Assembly (NCBI GenBank): GCA_050015455.1
Contig: JBEKBJ010000007.1
Span: forward strand, 11,876 to 75,875
Direction: 5' to 3'
DNA from: Candidatus Binatia bacterium
Lineage (GTDB): Bacteria > Desulfobacterota > Binatia > HRBIN30
DNA length: 64,000 nt
Position numbers and translations under genes: made by a program
In this document: positions 1-9,620 of the stretch, piece after piece
Numbering within the stretch: position 1 is the first letter of the stretch
How the letters are laid out: the number at the start of each line of letters is the position of its first letter
The notes under the pieces: model-generated
The model's input: only the letters and a program-made list of their open reading frames with translations
Databases searched by the model: none
Told to the model about the DNA's origin: nothing

Positions 1-1
1 C

Positions 2-487
2 GAGGCGGTTGTGCTCGGCATCGATGTCGAGAACGAGCGCATCGCCTTGGGGGTCAAGCAGCTGAACGAGGATCCGTGGGCCGTCATTGCTCACCGCTGC
101 CCGGTCGGCAGCCGCGCCAAAGGCAAGGTGACCACGGTCACCGACTTCGGCATCTTCGTCGAGATCGAGGAAGGCATCGAAGGGTTGATCCATGTGTCGC
201 AGCTCAGCAGCGAGCGGGTAGACAAGCCGCAGGCGCTCTTCCAGCCTGGACAAGAGGTCGAAGCCGAAGTCACCCATGTCGACCCGAAAGAACGGCGGAT
301 CGGATTGAGCATCAAAGCGTTGCGGCGCACAGAAGAGCGGGAGGAGATGGAATCTTATCTGCAGCGCGAGCGCGAGGGGGCGCGCTTCTCGTTCGAGGAC
401 ATTCTCAACGAAGAGCTGCGATTGGATCGTGAGGACAACGAAGCGAGCGGGGCAAAACAGGGAGCATCAAAGATCAAGGGGGGCTAA
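2..487 (+). CDS. rpsA: 30S ribosomal protein S1, C-terminal part (5' end outside window)
   Basis: S1 repeats (KGKVTTVTDFGIFVEIEEGIEGLIHVSQLS; RIGLSIK); followed by ihfB. Confidence 0.95.
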   Translation, partial: EAVVLGIDVENERIALGVKQLNEDPWAVIAHRCPVGSRAKGKVTTVTDFGIFVEIEEGIEGLIHVSQLSSERVDKPQALFQPGQEVEAEVTHVDPKERRIGLSIKALRRTEEREEMESYLQREREGARFSFEDILNEELRLDREDNEASGAKQGASKIKGG

Positions 488-496
488 AGCGCGCTC

Positions 497-808
497 ATGA
501 CCAAACGCGACCTGATCGAGGAACTCGTTCGGCGGTATCCACGGTACTCCCGTCGTGATAGCGAGGTTATCGTGAACTCCGTGTTCGACAGCATGGCTAG
601 CACCTTGCGAAGCGGTGGCCGCGTCGAGATTCGAGGGTTTGGTAGCTTCATCGTCAAGCAACGGCAGGGCCGCGAGGGCCGCAACCCGCGCACCGGCCGC
701 CTTGTCACCGTGCCGCCCAAGCGGCTCCCCTTCTTCAAAGTCGGCAAAGAACTCCGGCTGCGGGTCGACGGCAAGTTGGCCGCAGACTCGACAGCCGCTG
801 CCAGCTAG
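497..808 (+). CDS. ihfB: Integration host factor beta subunit
   Basis: MTKRDLIE...RVEIRGFGSF...GRNPRTG...PFFKVGKELRLRVD; downstream of rpsA. Confidence 0.93.
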   Translation: MTKRDLIEELVRRYPRYSRRDSEVIVNSVFDSMASTLRSGGRVEIRGFGSFIVKQRQGREGRNPRTGRLVTVPPKRLPFFKVGKELRLRVDGKLAADSTAAAS

Positions 809-868
809 CGCGGCAGAGCCTCGGCCCTCGTTTCACGGCGTAGTGGCGCACCGGAACAGCGGGTTCGT

Positions 869-1357
869 ATGCAGGTGCTGTGGGCGCCTTGGCGCATGGC
901 CTACATTACCGGGCCGAAGGACTCGGGGTGCATCTTCTGCGCCGCGGTCCAAGCCGGAGATCTTCGCGGGCAGCTGGTGCTGGCGCAGCAACCCGCCGTA
1001 GTGATGCTGAACAAATTCCCGTACTCCAACGGCCATCTGCTGGTGGCGCCGCGGCGCCACGTGGCGCACCTGAATGAGCTGTCACGTGGCGAGTTTCAGG
1101 TGCTCATGGAGATGCTGCAACGCGCCACCGGCGTGCTCGCCGACGCTTTCCGGCCGGAGGGGATGAACGTCGGCATGAACATCGGTGCCGCCGCCGGTGC
1201 CGGCGTTGCCGACCATGCGCACTGGCACATCGTGCCGCGCTGGGTCGGTGACACCAGTTTCATGCCCGTGTTTGCCGAGGTGCGCGTGATCCCGGAACAT
1301 CTCGAGGCCACGTACGACCGCCTCAAGCCCGTCTTCGATGCCGCCGGTGGCGATTGA
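869..1357 (+). CDS. HIT-family nucleotide hydrolase
   Basis: LWAPWRMAYI, CIFC, LNKFPYSNGH, HAHWHIVPRW histidine triad. Confidence 0.92.
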   Translation: MQVLWAPWRMAYITGPKDSGCIFCAAVQAGDLRGQLVLAQQPAVVMLNKFPYSNGHLLVAPRRHVAHLNELSRGEFQVLMEMLQRATGVLADAFRPEGMNVGMNIGAAAGAGVADHAHWHIVPRWVGDTSFMPVFAEVRVIPEHLEATYDRLKPVFDAAGGD

Positions 1358-1378
1358 GAGCCGGCGTTGGGATTGCGG

Positions 1379-1407
1379 TTGCCCCACTGACCGCGTGTCC
1401 ATATAAT
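1379..1407 (+). promoter_or_regulatory. Putative sigma70 promoter for the AAA/VWA pair
   Basis: TTGCCC-17 nt-TATAAT in the intergenic gap. Confidence 0.55.
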
Positions 1408-1445
1408 CGAGTCGACACGCATCACTGGTGCGAGGGACAAAAAGA

Positions 1446-2843
1446 ATGCAGCGGGCAGGCACGCTCGGCGATCTGAAACGCGACGGATACCGCGTCCTGC
1501 CGGTGCGCGAAGAGATGCGCCGCAACTTGCTCGCCAAGCTGGAAAGGCGCGAGCGCATCCTCACCGGGATCATCGGTTTCGACGGCACCGTTCTGCCGCA
1601 AATCGAAAACGCGGTGCTGGCTGGGCACCACATGGTGTTCCTGGGTGAACGTGGACAAGCAAAATCCCGCATCATCCGCGGATTGACCTCCCTGCTTGAT
1701 CCTCGAACCCCGATCGTGCGCGGCTGCCCGATCAATGACAACCCGCTGCAGCCGATCTGCAAAGAGTGCCGTCGCCGTCTCGCCGAACTGGGTGATGAGT
1801 TGCCGATCAGCTGGATCACGCCCGAGGTACGTTACGGCGAGAAACTGGCGACGCCGGACGTTTCCATCGCCGACCTGATCGGCGAGATCGATCCGATCAA
1901 AGTCGCCGAAGGCCGCTACCTTGCTGACGAGGAGACGATCCACTACGGCATCATCCCACGCACCAACCGCGGCATCTTCGCCATCAACGAGTTGCCCGAC
2001 CTGACCGAGAAGGTACAGGTCGGGCTCTTCAACTTGATGGAGGAGAAGGATGTCCAGATCAAGGGCTACAAGATTCGGTTGCCCTTGGATCTCGTCATCG
2101 TGGCGAGCGCCAACCCTGAAGACTACACCAGCCGCGGCCGCATCATCACGCCCTTGAAGGACCGCTTCGACGCGCAGATCCGCACACATTATCCGCGCAC
2201 GCTCCAGGACGAGATCGCCATCATGGAGCAGGAGCTGCCGGCGCTGGACCGTTTCGAGCGTGTGATCGGGATGCCGGACTTCATGAAAGAGATCGTCGCG
2301 CAGTTCACCTTCGAAGCGCGGGCCTGCCCAGAGATCAATCAGACCTCGGGGGTGAGCGTCCGCGTGACCATCAACAACTACGAAAGCCTGCTCAGCAACG
2401 CCGAGAAGCGCGCCGTGCGCCTGGGCGAGCGCGAGATCGTGCCGCGCATCAGCGACCTGCACGCGGTGGTGGCGTCCACTGCGGGGAAGATCGAACTGGA
2501 GTATGCCGGTGAGGAGAAGAAGAGCGACGAGCTGATCGAGCGCCTGCTCAATCGCGCCGTGCTGAAAGTCTTCGACCGGCTGCTCAAGGTCGAGGATCTC
2601 AAGGAGGTCGTCGAGTATTTCGAGAAGGGATGGGGCGTCGAAGTCTCGGACACCATGCGGGCGGAGGAATACCTCGAAGGCGTCCGTGCCATCGGTGGCC
2701 TGCACGCCGGCATTCGGGTGCTCGGCGAGATCGAGAGCCCGGGCTTCATCGCCGCCGCCACCGAGTTCATCCTTGAAGGGTTGCATTTACACCAGAAGCT
2801 GAACAAAGACTGCGAGGGCGGCCAGTATACGTATCGAGAGTGA
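1446..2843 (+). CDS. AAA+ ATPase, Mg-chelatase/MoxR-related
   Basis: Walker A variant GERGQAKS, FAINELPDL, SANPEDYTSRGRIITPLKDRF; paired with a VWA gene. Confidence 0.85.
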   Translation: MQRAGTLGDLKRDGYRVLPVREEMRRNLLAKLERRERILTGIIGFDGTVLPQIENAVLAGHHMVFLGERGQAKSRIIRGLTSLLDPRTPIVRGCPINDNPLQPICKECRRRLAELGDELPISWITPEVRYGEKLATPDVSIADLIGEIDPIKVAEGRYLADEETIHYGIIPRTNRGIFAINELPDLTEKVQVGLFNLMEEKDVQIKGYKIRLPLDLVIVASANPEDYTSRGRIITPLKDRFDAQIRTHYPRTLQDEIAIMEQELPALDRFERVIGMPDFMKEIVAQFTFEARACPEINQTSGVSVRVTINNYESLLSNAEKRAVRLGEREIVPRISDLHAVVASTAGKIELEYAGEEKKSDELIERLLNRAVLKVFDRLLKVEDLKEVVEYFEKGWGVEVSDTMRAEEYLEGVRAIGGLHAGIRVLGEIESPGFIAAATEFILEGLHLHQKLNKDCEGGQYTYRE

Positions 2844-2933
2844 AACGAGACGCGTCTGGCGTATACTTGCAACACGTCAATCGAGCTCTTGTCAACTATG
2901 GTGCGATAGGCCGTAAGCCAAGAGCCAGACGCC

Positions 2934-4526
2934 ATGATCCGCATCCGCTACACTCAGTGGGATGGCAGCCAGCGCGTGCGGCTGAGCGCCGACCAGGTGT
3001 TTGACAAGCTTTCCGAGTACCTCTCGTTCACCGACGACGTGCAGGAGGCCCTCGCGTGGCTCATGCGGCAGGGGGCGGAGTGGGAAGGCATGCGGGTCAT
3101 GGGCCTCGACGACTTCCTCGAAGAAGTCCGCGAGGAGCTGCGCCGGCGCTATCGTGAGTTCAATCTCAACAACTCCCTTGACGAAATCGGGCGACGGCTC
3201 GAGGAACTGCTCGATCTTGAGCGCGACACGCTCGAGGAGCGACGCGTCACGCGGCCAGCACTGAGGGAGAAGCTCGAATTCCTCGACCGACTGCCGTCAC
3301 GCCTCTCCGCAGCCATCGAGCGGCTGCAGCAGTACGAGTTCGAAGATGAGCAGGCGCGCCAGGAGTTCGAGAATCTGCTCGACGAAATGCAGAATCTGAA
3401 GGATCTGGAAGATTTCCGGCGCCGCTACGGCGATCTCTTCCACGGACCCAAGTCGGCGAGCTACGAGGAAGCCTTGAACCTGATGCACGAAGTCGAGCGA
3501 CTGAAGAGGCTGGAGGAGCAACTGTTGACCGGCGACTGCGAGCGGATCAACGCCGACGAGCTGCGCGCGCTGCTCGGCCACCAAGCGTTACAGGACTTTC
3601 GTAATCTGCAGCAAATGATGTTGCTGCTCGTGGAGGCGGGCTACCTGACCCCAAAAGAAGGTCGCGTGCACCTGTCGCCGAAGGGCGTGCGCAAGATTGG
3701 GCAATTGGCGTTGCGTGACATCTACCAAGGCTTGTGGCGCGACCGGACCGGCAGCCATCAGTCGGACCATCGCGGCATTCACGAGGTGCGGCCCGATGTC
3801 ACGAAAGCGTACCGTTATGGCGACCCGTTGAATCTCGATCTGGTCGGCACGCTGAAGAAAACGCTGGCGCGCCGCGCCGGCGCGCCGCTGGACTTGCACC
3901 CCGAAGATTTCGAGATCTTCGGCGCCGACTACGCCACCAGCACCTCAACGGTGCTGCTGCTCGACATGAGCTGGTCGATGAGTTGGGAGGGGCGCTTCGC
4001 CGCGGCGAAGAAGGTAGCCATGGCGATGGAGAGTTTGATCCGGGCGCGCTTCCCGCGCGACTACTTCTCCATCGTCGGCTTCTTCACTCGCGCCGTCGAG
4101 CTGAAGCTGAGGGATCTGCCCGAGGCGACCTGGAACATGGGCGATCCCTTCACCAACTTGCAGGACGGGCTGCGTCTGGCGTCGGATCTCCTCGGCCGCC
4201 ACCCCAGCAACAATCAGCACATCATCGTCATCACCGACGGGCAACCGACAGCGTACTTCTCGCGCGGCCGGCTCTACTGCGAGTGGCCGCTGTCGTTCGG
4301 CGGCGTCAGCATGCGCGCGGCGCAGGAGACCCTGAAAGAGGTTGAGCGCGTGACGCGCAAAGGGATAACCATCAACACCTTTATGCTCGACGACAGCGGC
4401 AGCCTGCGCGCATTCGTCGAACGCATGACCCGTATCAACAAGGGCCGCGCGCTGTACACCCGCCCGGATCATCTCGGCGAGTACCTGCTCGTCGACTACA
4501 TCAGCAAGAAACGCAAGAAGGTGTGA
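2934..4526 (+). CDS. VWA-domain protein, partner of the AAA+ ATPase
   Basis: MIDAS motif LLDMSWSM, TNLQDGL, IIVITDGQPT. Confidence 0.85.
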   Translation: MIRIRYTQWDGSQRVRLSADQVFDKLSEYLSFTDDVQEALAWLMRQGAEWEGMRVMGLDDFLEEVREELRRRYREFNLNNSLDEIGRRLEELLDLERDTLEERRVTRPALREKLEFLDRLPSRLSAAIERLQQYEFEDEQARQEFENLLDEMQNLKDLEDFRRRYGDLFHGPKSASYEEALNLMHEVERLKRLEEQLLTGDCERINADELRALLGHQALQDFRNLQQMMLLLVEAGYLTPKEGRVHLSPKGVRKIGQLALRDIYQGLWRDRTGSHQSDHRGIHEVRPDVTKAYRYGDPLNLDLVGTLKKTLARRAGAPLDLHPEDFEIFGADYATSTSTVLLLDMSWSMSWEGRFAAAKKVAMAMESLIRARFPRDYFSIVGFFTRAVELKLRDLPEATWNMGDPFTNLQDGLRLASDLLGRHPSNNQHIIVITDGQPTAYFSRGRLYCEWPLSFGGVSMRAAQETLKEVERVTRKGITINTFMLDDSGSLRAFVERMTRINKGRALYTRPDHLGEYLLVDYISKKRKKV

Positions 4527-4535
4527 GCCGGTCAG

Positions 4536-5774
4536 TCAGTAAATGACCTGTTCTTCTTGCAGCTTGCGGATCTCCTCGTGCGACATGGCGAGCAGCTCTG
4601 CAAACACCGCCTGACTGTGCTCGCCAAGCAGCGGCGAGCGGGAGTGAATGTCGGCCGGGGTCTCGGACAGCCGCCAAGGCGGCGCGATCACCCAGTCCTT
4701 TCCCAACACGGGGTGGCTAACCTGCACGAAGACCTTTCGTTCCTTCAGGTGTGGGTCCTCAAACAGCGCCTTGTTGCTCAGTGACGGAGTCGCCGCAATC
4801 CCGGCCTCCTGCAGCCGGTGCATGGCTTCGTAGTCGCCCTGGTCTTTGGTCCACTCGCCAACGAGCTGATCCAGCTCCTCCTGGTTTTTCCAGCGAGCCG
4901 CCGCACTGGAAAACCGTTCATCCTGCGCCAGCTCCGGCTTTCCCATGACGCCGCAGAGCGCGCGCCATTCTTGATCGTTGGCCACTGCGATGCTGATCCA
5001 GTTGTCCTCGCCACGGCAAGGGTAGCAATTGTGCGGCGCCATCGTGTCGTGCCGGTTCCCCACTCGCGTTCGTACCCTCCGGTTCATCAGGAAGTCAATC
5101 AGCGCGTCAGCGTTGAGTACGGCAACGGCTTCCTGCGATGAGAGGTCGATGTATTGACCCTCCCCGGTCCTTTGCCGGTAGAGGAGAGCCGCCAAGATCG
5201 CGAAGGCAGCGGTGGTCGCGCTGCGCAGATCGATGGACCCCGCCAAGACACTCGGCGGCCAGTCGGGATAGCCGGTAATGTACGACAGGCCCGCGGCGCC
5301 CGCGAAATTCGGGGCGTACCCCACGTTCTCTCGGTCGGCACCCGTCTGACCACAGGCTGATGACGAGAGATAAATGATGTCAGGCTTCACTTCACTCAAG
5401 GCCACGTAATCGAGACCCAGCCTCGCGATGACGCCGGGCCGCATGTTCTCGACCACGACGTCGCTCGTGGCGACCAGGCGCTTGGCGATCTCGACCGCCT
5501 TGGGTTGACTCAGGTTGAGACAAACGCTGAGCTTGTTCAAGTTCAGATTGTTGAAGACCGGGGACTCGTCTGGCCCCGAGAAGGTTCTCGCCGTAGTGAA
5601 CGAAGTGAAGCGGGAATGGTCAAGCCGCTTTCGGCTCTCCACCTTGATGATCTCGGCGCCCAAAAAGCCCAGAAGACACGTCGCGTACGGGCCTGCCCAC
5701 GCCGAAGTGAATTCCGTGACTCTGATGCCACCTAGTGGCCCGTTGTTCATCGCAAAACTTCTCCCAGAGGGCAT
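4536..5774 (-). CDS. Family III (CaiB/BaiF) CoA-transferase
   Basis: PLGGIRV...WAGP...LGAEIIKVES, DVVVENMRPG, APHNCYPC, SPLLGEHS; SD GAGGAG. Confidence 0.92.
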   Translation of the reverse strand: MPSGRSFAMNNGPLGGIRVTEFTSAWAGPYATCLLGFLGAEIIKVESRKRLDHSRFTSFTTARTFSGPDESPVFNNLNLNKLSVCLNLSQPKAVEIAKRLVATSDVVVENMRPGVIARLGLDYVALSEVKPDIIYLSSSACGQTGADRENVGYAPNFAGAAGLSYITGYPDWPPSVLAGSIDLRSATTAAFAILAALLYRQRTGEGQYIDLSSQEAVAVLNADALIDFLMNRRVRTRVGNRHDTMAPHNCYPCRGEDNWISIAVANDQEWRALCGVMGKPELAQDERFSSAAARWKNQEELDQLVGEWTKDQGDYEAMHRLQEAGIAATPSLSNKALFEDPHLKERKVFVQVSHPVLGKDWVIAPPWRLSETPADIHSRSPLLGEHSQAVFAELLAMSHEEIRKLQEEQVIY

Positions 5775-5875
5775 CGTCGTCTCCTCAAGAATGGCCCTTC
5801 AGGTTTTCGTTCAGGCTGCGGAGGCTGTCTCCTCGGGGGCTGTCTCGGAGCCTTGCTTCGAACTCATCGACACTG

Positions 5876-7084
5876 TCAGATCACGCCGGCCTCTTGCAGC
5901 GCTCGCAACTCTTGCCTGCCATACCCGAGCCGCTGCCGGTAGATGATCTCGTTGTGCTCCCCGAGAAGCGGGGCGGCGCGTTCCAACGCGAACGGGGTCT
6001 TGGAGAAGTGGCAAGGGCGGGCTGGAAGTTTCAGCTTGCCTGCCACCGGGTGCTCTACTTCGGCGAAGAACCCCCTGTTATTCAGCTGTTCCGATGTCGC
6101 CACGTCTTCGGACGAACTCACGGGTGAGATCGGAACACTGAGGGACTGTCCCTTCGTGCAGACCTCCCTTACCGTGTGCTGCCTCATCCAGAGGTCGAGT
6201 CTCTGGCGCAGCGCCTCGAAGCCCCCCGTGCCCTTTGTGTCTTCGCCGGATGGTGGCGCTGCGCCGACCCCCTCGGGCAGCTTCGCCAAGCCTTCCTTCT
6301 GATGGTCGAGGGGGGTCACAGATACAACGTAGCCGTCCTTGCACTGAAACATCTGGGTGACAATGCGCTCCCCCTCGGGCCCTTTCCTGGTCAGGATCTC
6401 TCCACTGTCTGCGAACACCACGTTTTCGATTCGCTGCAACGACAGAACCGCTTCCTGTTGCGACACCTCGATGAACCGTCCCTTGCCCGTGATGCGTTTT
6501 GCGTACAGCGCAGCCAGGATAGCCACCGCCGTTGTCTGGCCGGAATCGTAATCGGTGCAGTTGCCGCCGATCCTGACCGGGGGGCGCTCGAGGTGCGGAG
6601 AAAGGAGCGGGAGCATGTAGCCTTGGCCCGAGGCGTGGGAGATGTTGAGGCCGTGGGCCTTGTAGCCCTTGTACGGTCCACTGCGCCCGAAAGGGGTGAT
6701 CGAAGCCATGACGAGCCCGGGGTTGAGTCGTCGCAAATCCTCGTACCCGAGCCCCATCGTTTCCATGTGGCCCGCAGCCCAATCCTCTACCAGCACGTCC
6801 GCCACACTCACCAGCCGCCGGAAGATCTCCTTGCCCGCAGGCAGTCGGGGATCGAGAGTGATGCCGAGCTTGTTGGTGTTGAGGAACAGAAACAGACCGC
6901 TCTTCTCCTCATTGGGGACATCGCCGGGAAACGGCGGAAGCCTCCTAGTGTCGTCCCCTCTCCCTGGAAACTCGAGGTGAATGACCTCTGCTCCCAGATC
7001 GGCCATGAGTTTGGTGCAGAATGGTCCGCTGATTCCCTGGCAGTACTCCAGCACCCTCACGCCTTCCAAAGCTTTGAAACCCAC
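5876..7084 (-). CDS. Family III (CaiB/BaiF) CoA-transferase, second subunit/paralog
   Basis: ALEGVRVLE...GPFCTKLMADLGAEVI, LNTNKLGITLD, APLLGEHN; GTG start at 7084 preceded by AGGAG. Confidence 0.9.
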   Translation of the reverse strand: MGFKALEGVRVLEYCQGISGPFCTKLMADLGAEVIHLEFPGRGDDTRRLPPFPGDVPNEEKSGLFLFLNTNKLGITLDPRLPAGKEIFRRLVSVADVLVEDWAAGHMETMGLGYEDLRRLNPGLVMASITPFGRSGPYKGYKAHGLNISHASGQGYMLPLLSPHLERPPVRIGGNCTDYDSGQTTAVAILAALYAKRITGKGRFIEVSQQEAVLSLQRIENVVFADSGEILTRKGPEGERIVTQMFQCKDGYVVSVTPLDHQKEGLAKLPEGVGAAPPSGEDTKGTGGFEALRQRLDLWMRQHTVREVCTKGQSLSVPISPVSSSEDVATSEQLNNRGFFAEVEHPVAGKLKLPARPCHFSKTPFALERAAPLLGEHNEIIYRQRLGYGRQELRALQEAGVI

Positions 7085-7140
7085 GTGTGAACTCCTACTG
7101 CTTGGCCTTCGAGATTGTAGCGCCCCCACCGAGCGTTGCG

Positions 7141-7216
7141 CGTCACAACCGCGGCGTCCTCCGGCGGCCCCCCTTCGTGGAGGAAGTGCCGGAGTTGAGC
7201 CGCGGTTTCGTGGACG
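7141..7216. repeat. Long imperfect intergenic hairpin
   Basis: AACCGCGGC(7147-55)/GCCGCGGTT(7199-7207) with inner CTCCGGC/GCCGGAG stem. Confidence 0.5.
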
Positions 7217-7244
7217 GTCTAGCGCTGCGGCGACCTGTGTCGCC

Positions 7245-8858
7245 TCACGTCAACTGTGCGAAGAAGTCGTTGCCTTTGTCATCAACCAGGATGAACGCGG
7301 CGAAGTCCTCGACCTCGATCTTGTAGATCGCCTCCATCCCCAACTCGGGATACTCCACCAGCTCCACCTTTTTGATGTTGTCTTGAGCGAGTATGGCAGC
7401 CGCGCCGCCGATGGAGCCGAGATAAAAGCCACCGTGCTTCTTGCAAGCCTCGGTGACTTGGAGGCTGCGGTTCCCCTTGGCGATCATGATGAGGGAACCG
7501 CCCTTTGATTGGAACAGGTCGACGTAGGAATCCATCCTCCCGGCAGTGGTCGGGCCGAACGAGCCCGCGGGCATACCTTTCGGCGTCTTGGCCGGTCCCG
7601 CGTAATAGACCGGGTGGTCCTTGAAGTACTGCGGCAGATCCTCGCCGCGATCGAGCCGTTCTTTGAGCTTCGCATGGGCGATGTCACGGGCGACGATGAT
7701 GGTGCCCGTAAGTGAAAGCTGCGTCTTGATGGGATACTTTGTGAGTTCGGCGCGGATCTCCGACATCGGCCGGTTGAGATTGATCTTCACGACGCCGTGC
7801 TCATGCTTGCCGCGGTACTTGGTAGGGATGAACCGTCCTGGATTTTGCTCCAACTCCTCGAGCCAGATTCCGTCGCGGTTGATCTTCGCCTTCACGTTGC
7901 GGTGTGCTGAGCACGACACGCCCATCCCGATCGGGCAAGACGCTCCGTGCCGTGGCAGGCGAATGACCCGCGCATCGAGGGCGAAATACTTGCCGCCAAA
8001 CTGGGCGCCGATTCCGCTCTTTCGAGCCCCCTCGTAGAGCCGCGCCTCCAGCTCGAGGTCCCGAAAAGCCTGGCCGTTGTCACTGCCTTGCGTGGGCAGA
8101 TCGTCGAGGTATCCGGTGCTGGCCAACTTCACCGTCTTGAGACACATCTCGGCGGACGTGCCACCGATGACGAAAGCCATGTGGTATGGCGGGCACGCCG
8201 CGGTGCCCAGGGTTTTCATCTTCGCCACGAGGAAGCTCTCGAGACCACCCGGCGTCAGCAGGGCTTTGGTCTCCTGGAATAGGTATGTCTTGTTTGCCGA
8301 TCCGCCGCCCTTGGCGACGAAGAGAAACGAATACTCCATTCCGTCGGTGGCGTAGATGTCGATCTGCGCCGGCAGGTTGTTGCCGGAGTTTTTCTCGTCG
8401 TACATGTTGAGCGCGAGCGTCTGGGAATAGCGCAGGTTCTCTTTCAGGTAGGTGTCGCGGATGCCGCGCGTCAGAAACTCCTCGTCCTGCACGCCGGTCC
8501 ACACCCGACCGCCTTTCTTGGCGACCACAGTTGCCGTGCCGGTGTCCTGGCACATCGGCAACACCCCTTGGGCGGCCACCTCGGCGTTCTTCAGCAGCGC
8601 CAGCACCACGCCACGGTCGTTGCCACTGGCCTCCGGATCGTCGAGAATGGCCGCGAGCTGCTGCAGGTGCTCGGTGCGCAAGAGGAACTCCACGTCCCGC
8701 ATGGCCTCGCGGGCGAGAACGGTGAGCCCTTCGGGATCGAGCTTGAGCACCTCCTCACCATCGAACCGCGCCGTGGATACGTACGCGTTGGTCAGCAGCC
8801 GATAGCGAGTATCATCCTTCGTATGGGGGAACATCTCATGGTAGGCTAACTCTGTCAT
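7245..8858 (-). CDS. fumA: Class I (Fe-S) fumarate hydratase
   Basis: [43 protein letters not shown]; single-chain 537 aa. Confidence 0.93.
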   Translation of the reverse strand: MTELAYHEMFPHTKDDTRYRLLTNAYVSTARFDGEEVLKLDPEGLTVLAREAMRDVEFLLRTEHLQQLAAILDDPEASGNDRGVVLALLKNAEVAAQGVLPMCQDTGTATVVAKKGGRVWTGVQDEEFLTRGIRDTYLKENLRYSQTLALNMYDEKNSGNNLPAQIDIYATDGMEYSFLFVAKGGGSANKTYLFQETKALLTPGGLESFLVAKMKTLGTAACPPYHMAFVIGGTSAEMCLKTVKLASTGYLDDLPTQGSDNGQAFRDLELEARLYEGARKSGIGAQFGGKYFALDARVIRLPRHGASCPIGMGVSCSAHRNVKAKINRDGIWLEELEQNPGRFIPTKYRGKHEHGVVKINLNRPMSEIRAELTKYPIKTQLSLTGTIIVARDIAHAKLKERLDRGEDLPQYFKDHPVYYAGPAKTPKGMPAGSFGPTTAGRMDSYVDLFQSKGGSLIMIAKGNRSLQVTEACKKHGGFYLGSIGGAAAILAQDNIKKVELVEYPELGMEAIYKIEVEDFAAFILVDDKGNDFFAQLT

Positions 8859-9029
8859 TCTTCACTCCTCCAGTTATGCTCTCGCGCTGACGTACCGGCC
8901 ACCGCAACGCGGGCGTCGGCACGCGAAGCGCTCGGTGTAGATTCGCACATCGGCGAGGCAGAATCCATAAACGCGGCGTCGCTCGGTGCGCGTCGCGGCG
9001 CCCGCACACTCAGGAGCTGTTCTCCTGGG

Positions 9030-9557
9030 CTAGGATTCGCGCACCTGTATCAGGTACCTGCTACGGACCGCGTTGAAGAAGGCGACGGCGTCCGCCGCAG
9101 CGTAGTCGCGGTAGGAGTACGGATGCGGCTGGAATGAGCGGTGGCTAAAGTGCAGAGTCGCTTCGGCGTAGATGCCATCTCCCAGATAAACGCGGTGTGT
9201 CGCCTCTTTAGTGGAGGCCAATACCAACTTCGCAGCGGCGATGTATCCGGGATCGATGTTCACACGACGCCCCGACCCCGTGCGCCACGCGTTCTCCATC
9301 TCATTGGTGAGGTGCTTCACCCCGGCCAGCTGTCCTGGAGCGATCAGCTCTTCAAAGCTGATGAACTGCCGGCGGATGAGGTCGCCCATCTCGCTGCGGT
9401 AGTAATTGCTGAAGCCCCACGTCGATGGGATCGAGCACGCGTCCACGGGCCCGAAGCGCTGGCCGAGCGCTTCGCGCGCCTCTCCGAGCAACTCGTCCGA
9501 GGAGGCGAGCAGCCCGGCAATGAGCTTGACGGGCGCAGGTGTGGTGGGCGTTCCCAT
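9030..9557 (-). CDS. DUF4416-like protein
   Basis: YYRSEMG, RRVNIDPGY, LVLASTK, HRVYLGDGIYAE. Confidence 0.8.
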   Translation of the reverse strand: MGTPTTPAPVKLIAGLLASSDELLGEAREALGQRFGPVDACSIPSTWGFSNYYRSEMGDLIRRQFISFEELIAPGQLAGVKHLTNEMENAWRTGSGRRVNIDPGYIAAAKLVLASTKEATHRVYLGDGIYAEATLHFSHRSFQPHPYSYRDYAAADAVAFFNAVRSRYLIQVRES

Positions 9558-9620
9558 CGCTGTGAGGAGAAATCTAGTCGCTCAGCACTCAGGGCCGAGG
9601 AGGCGCAGCATGCTCTGCGG

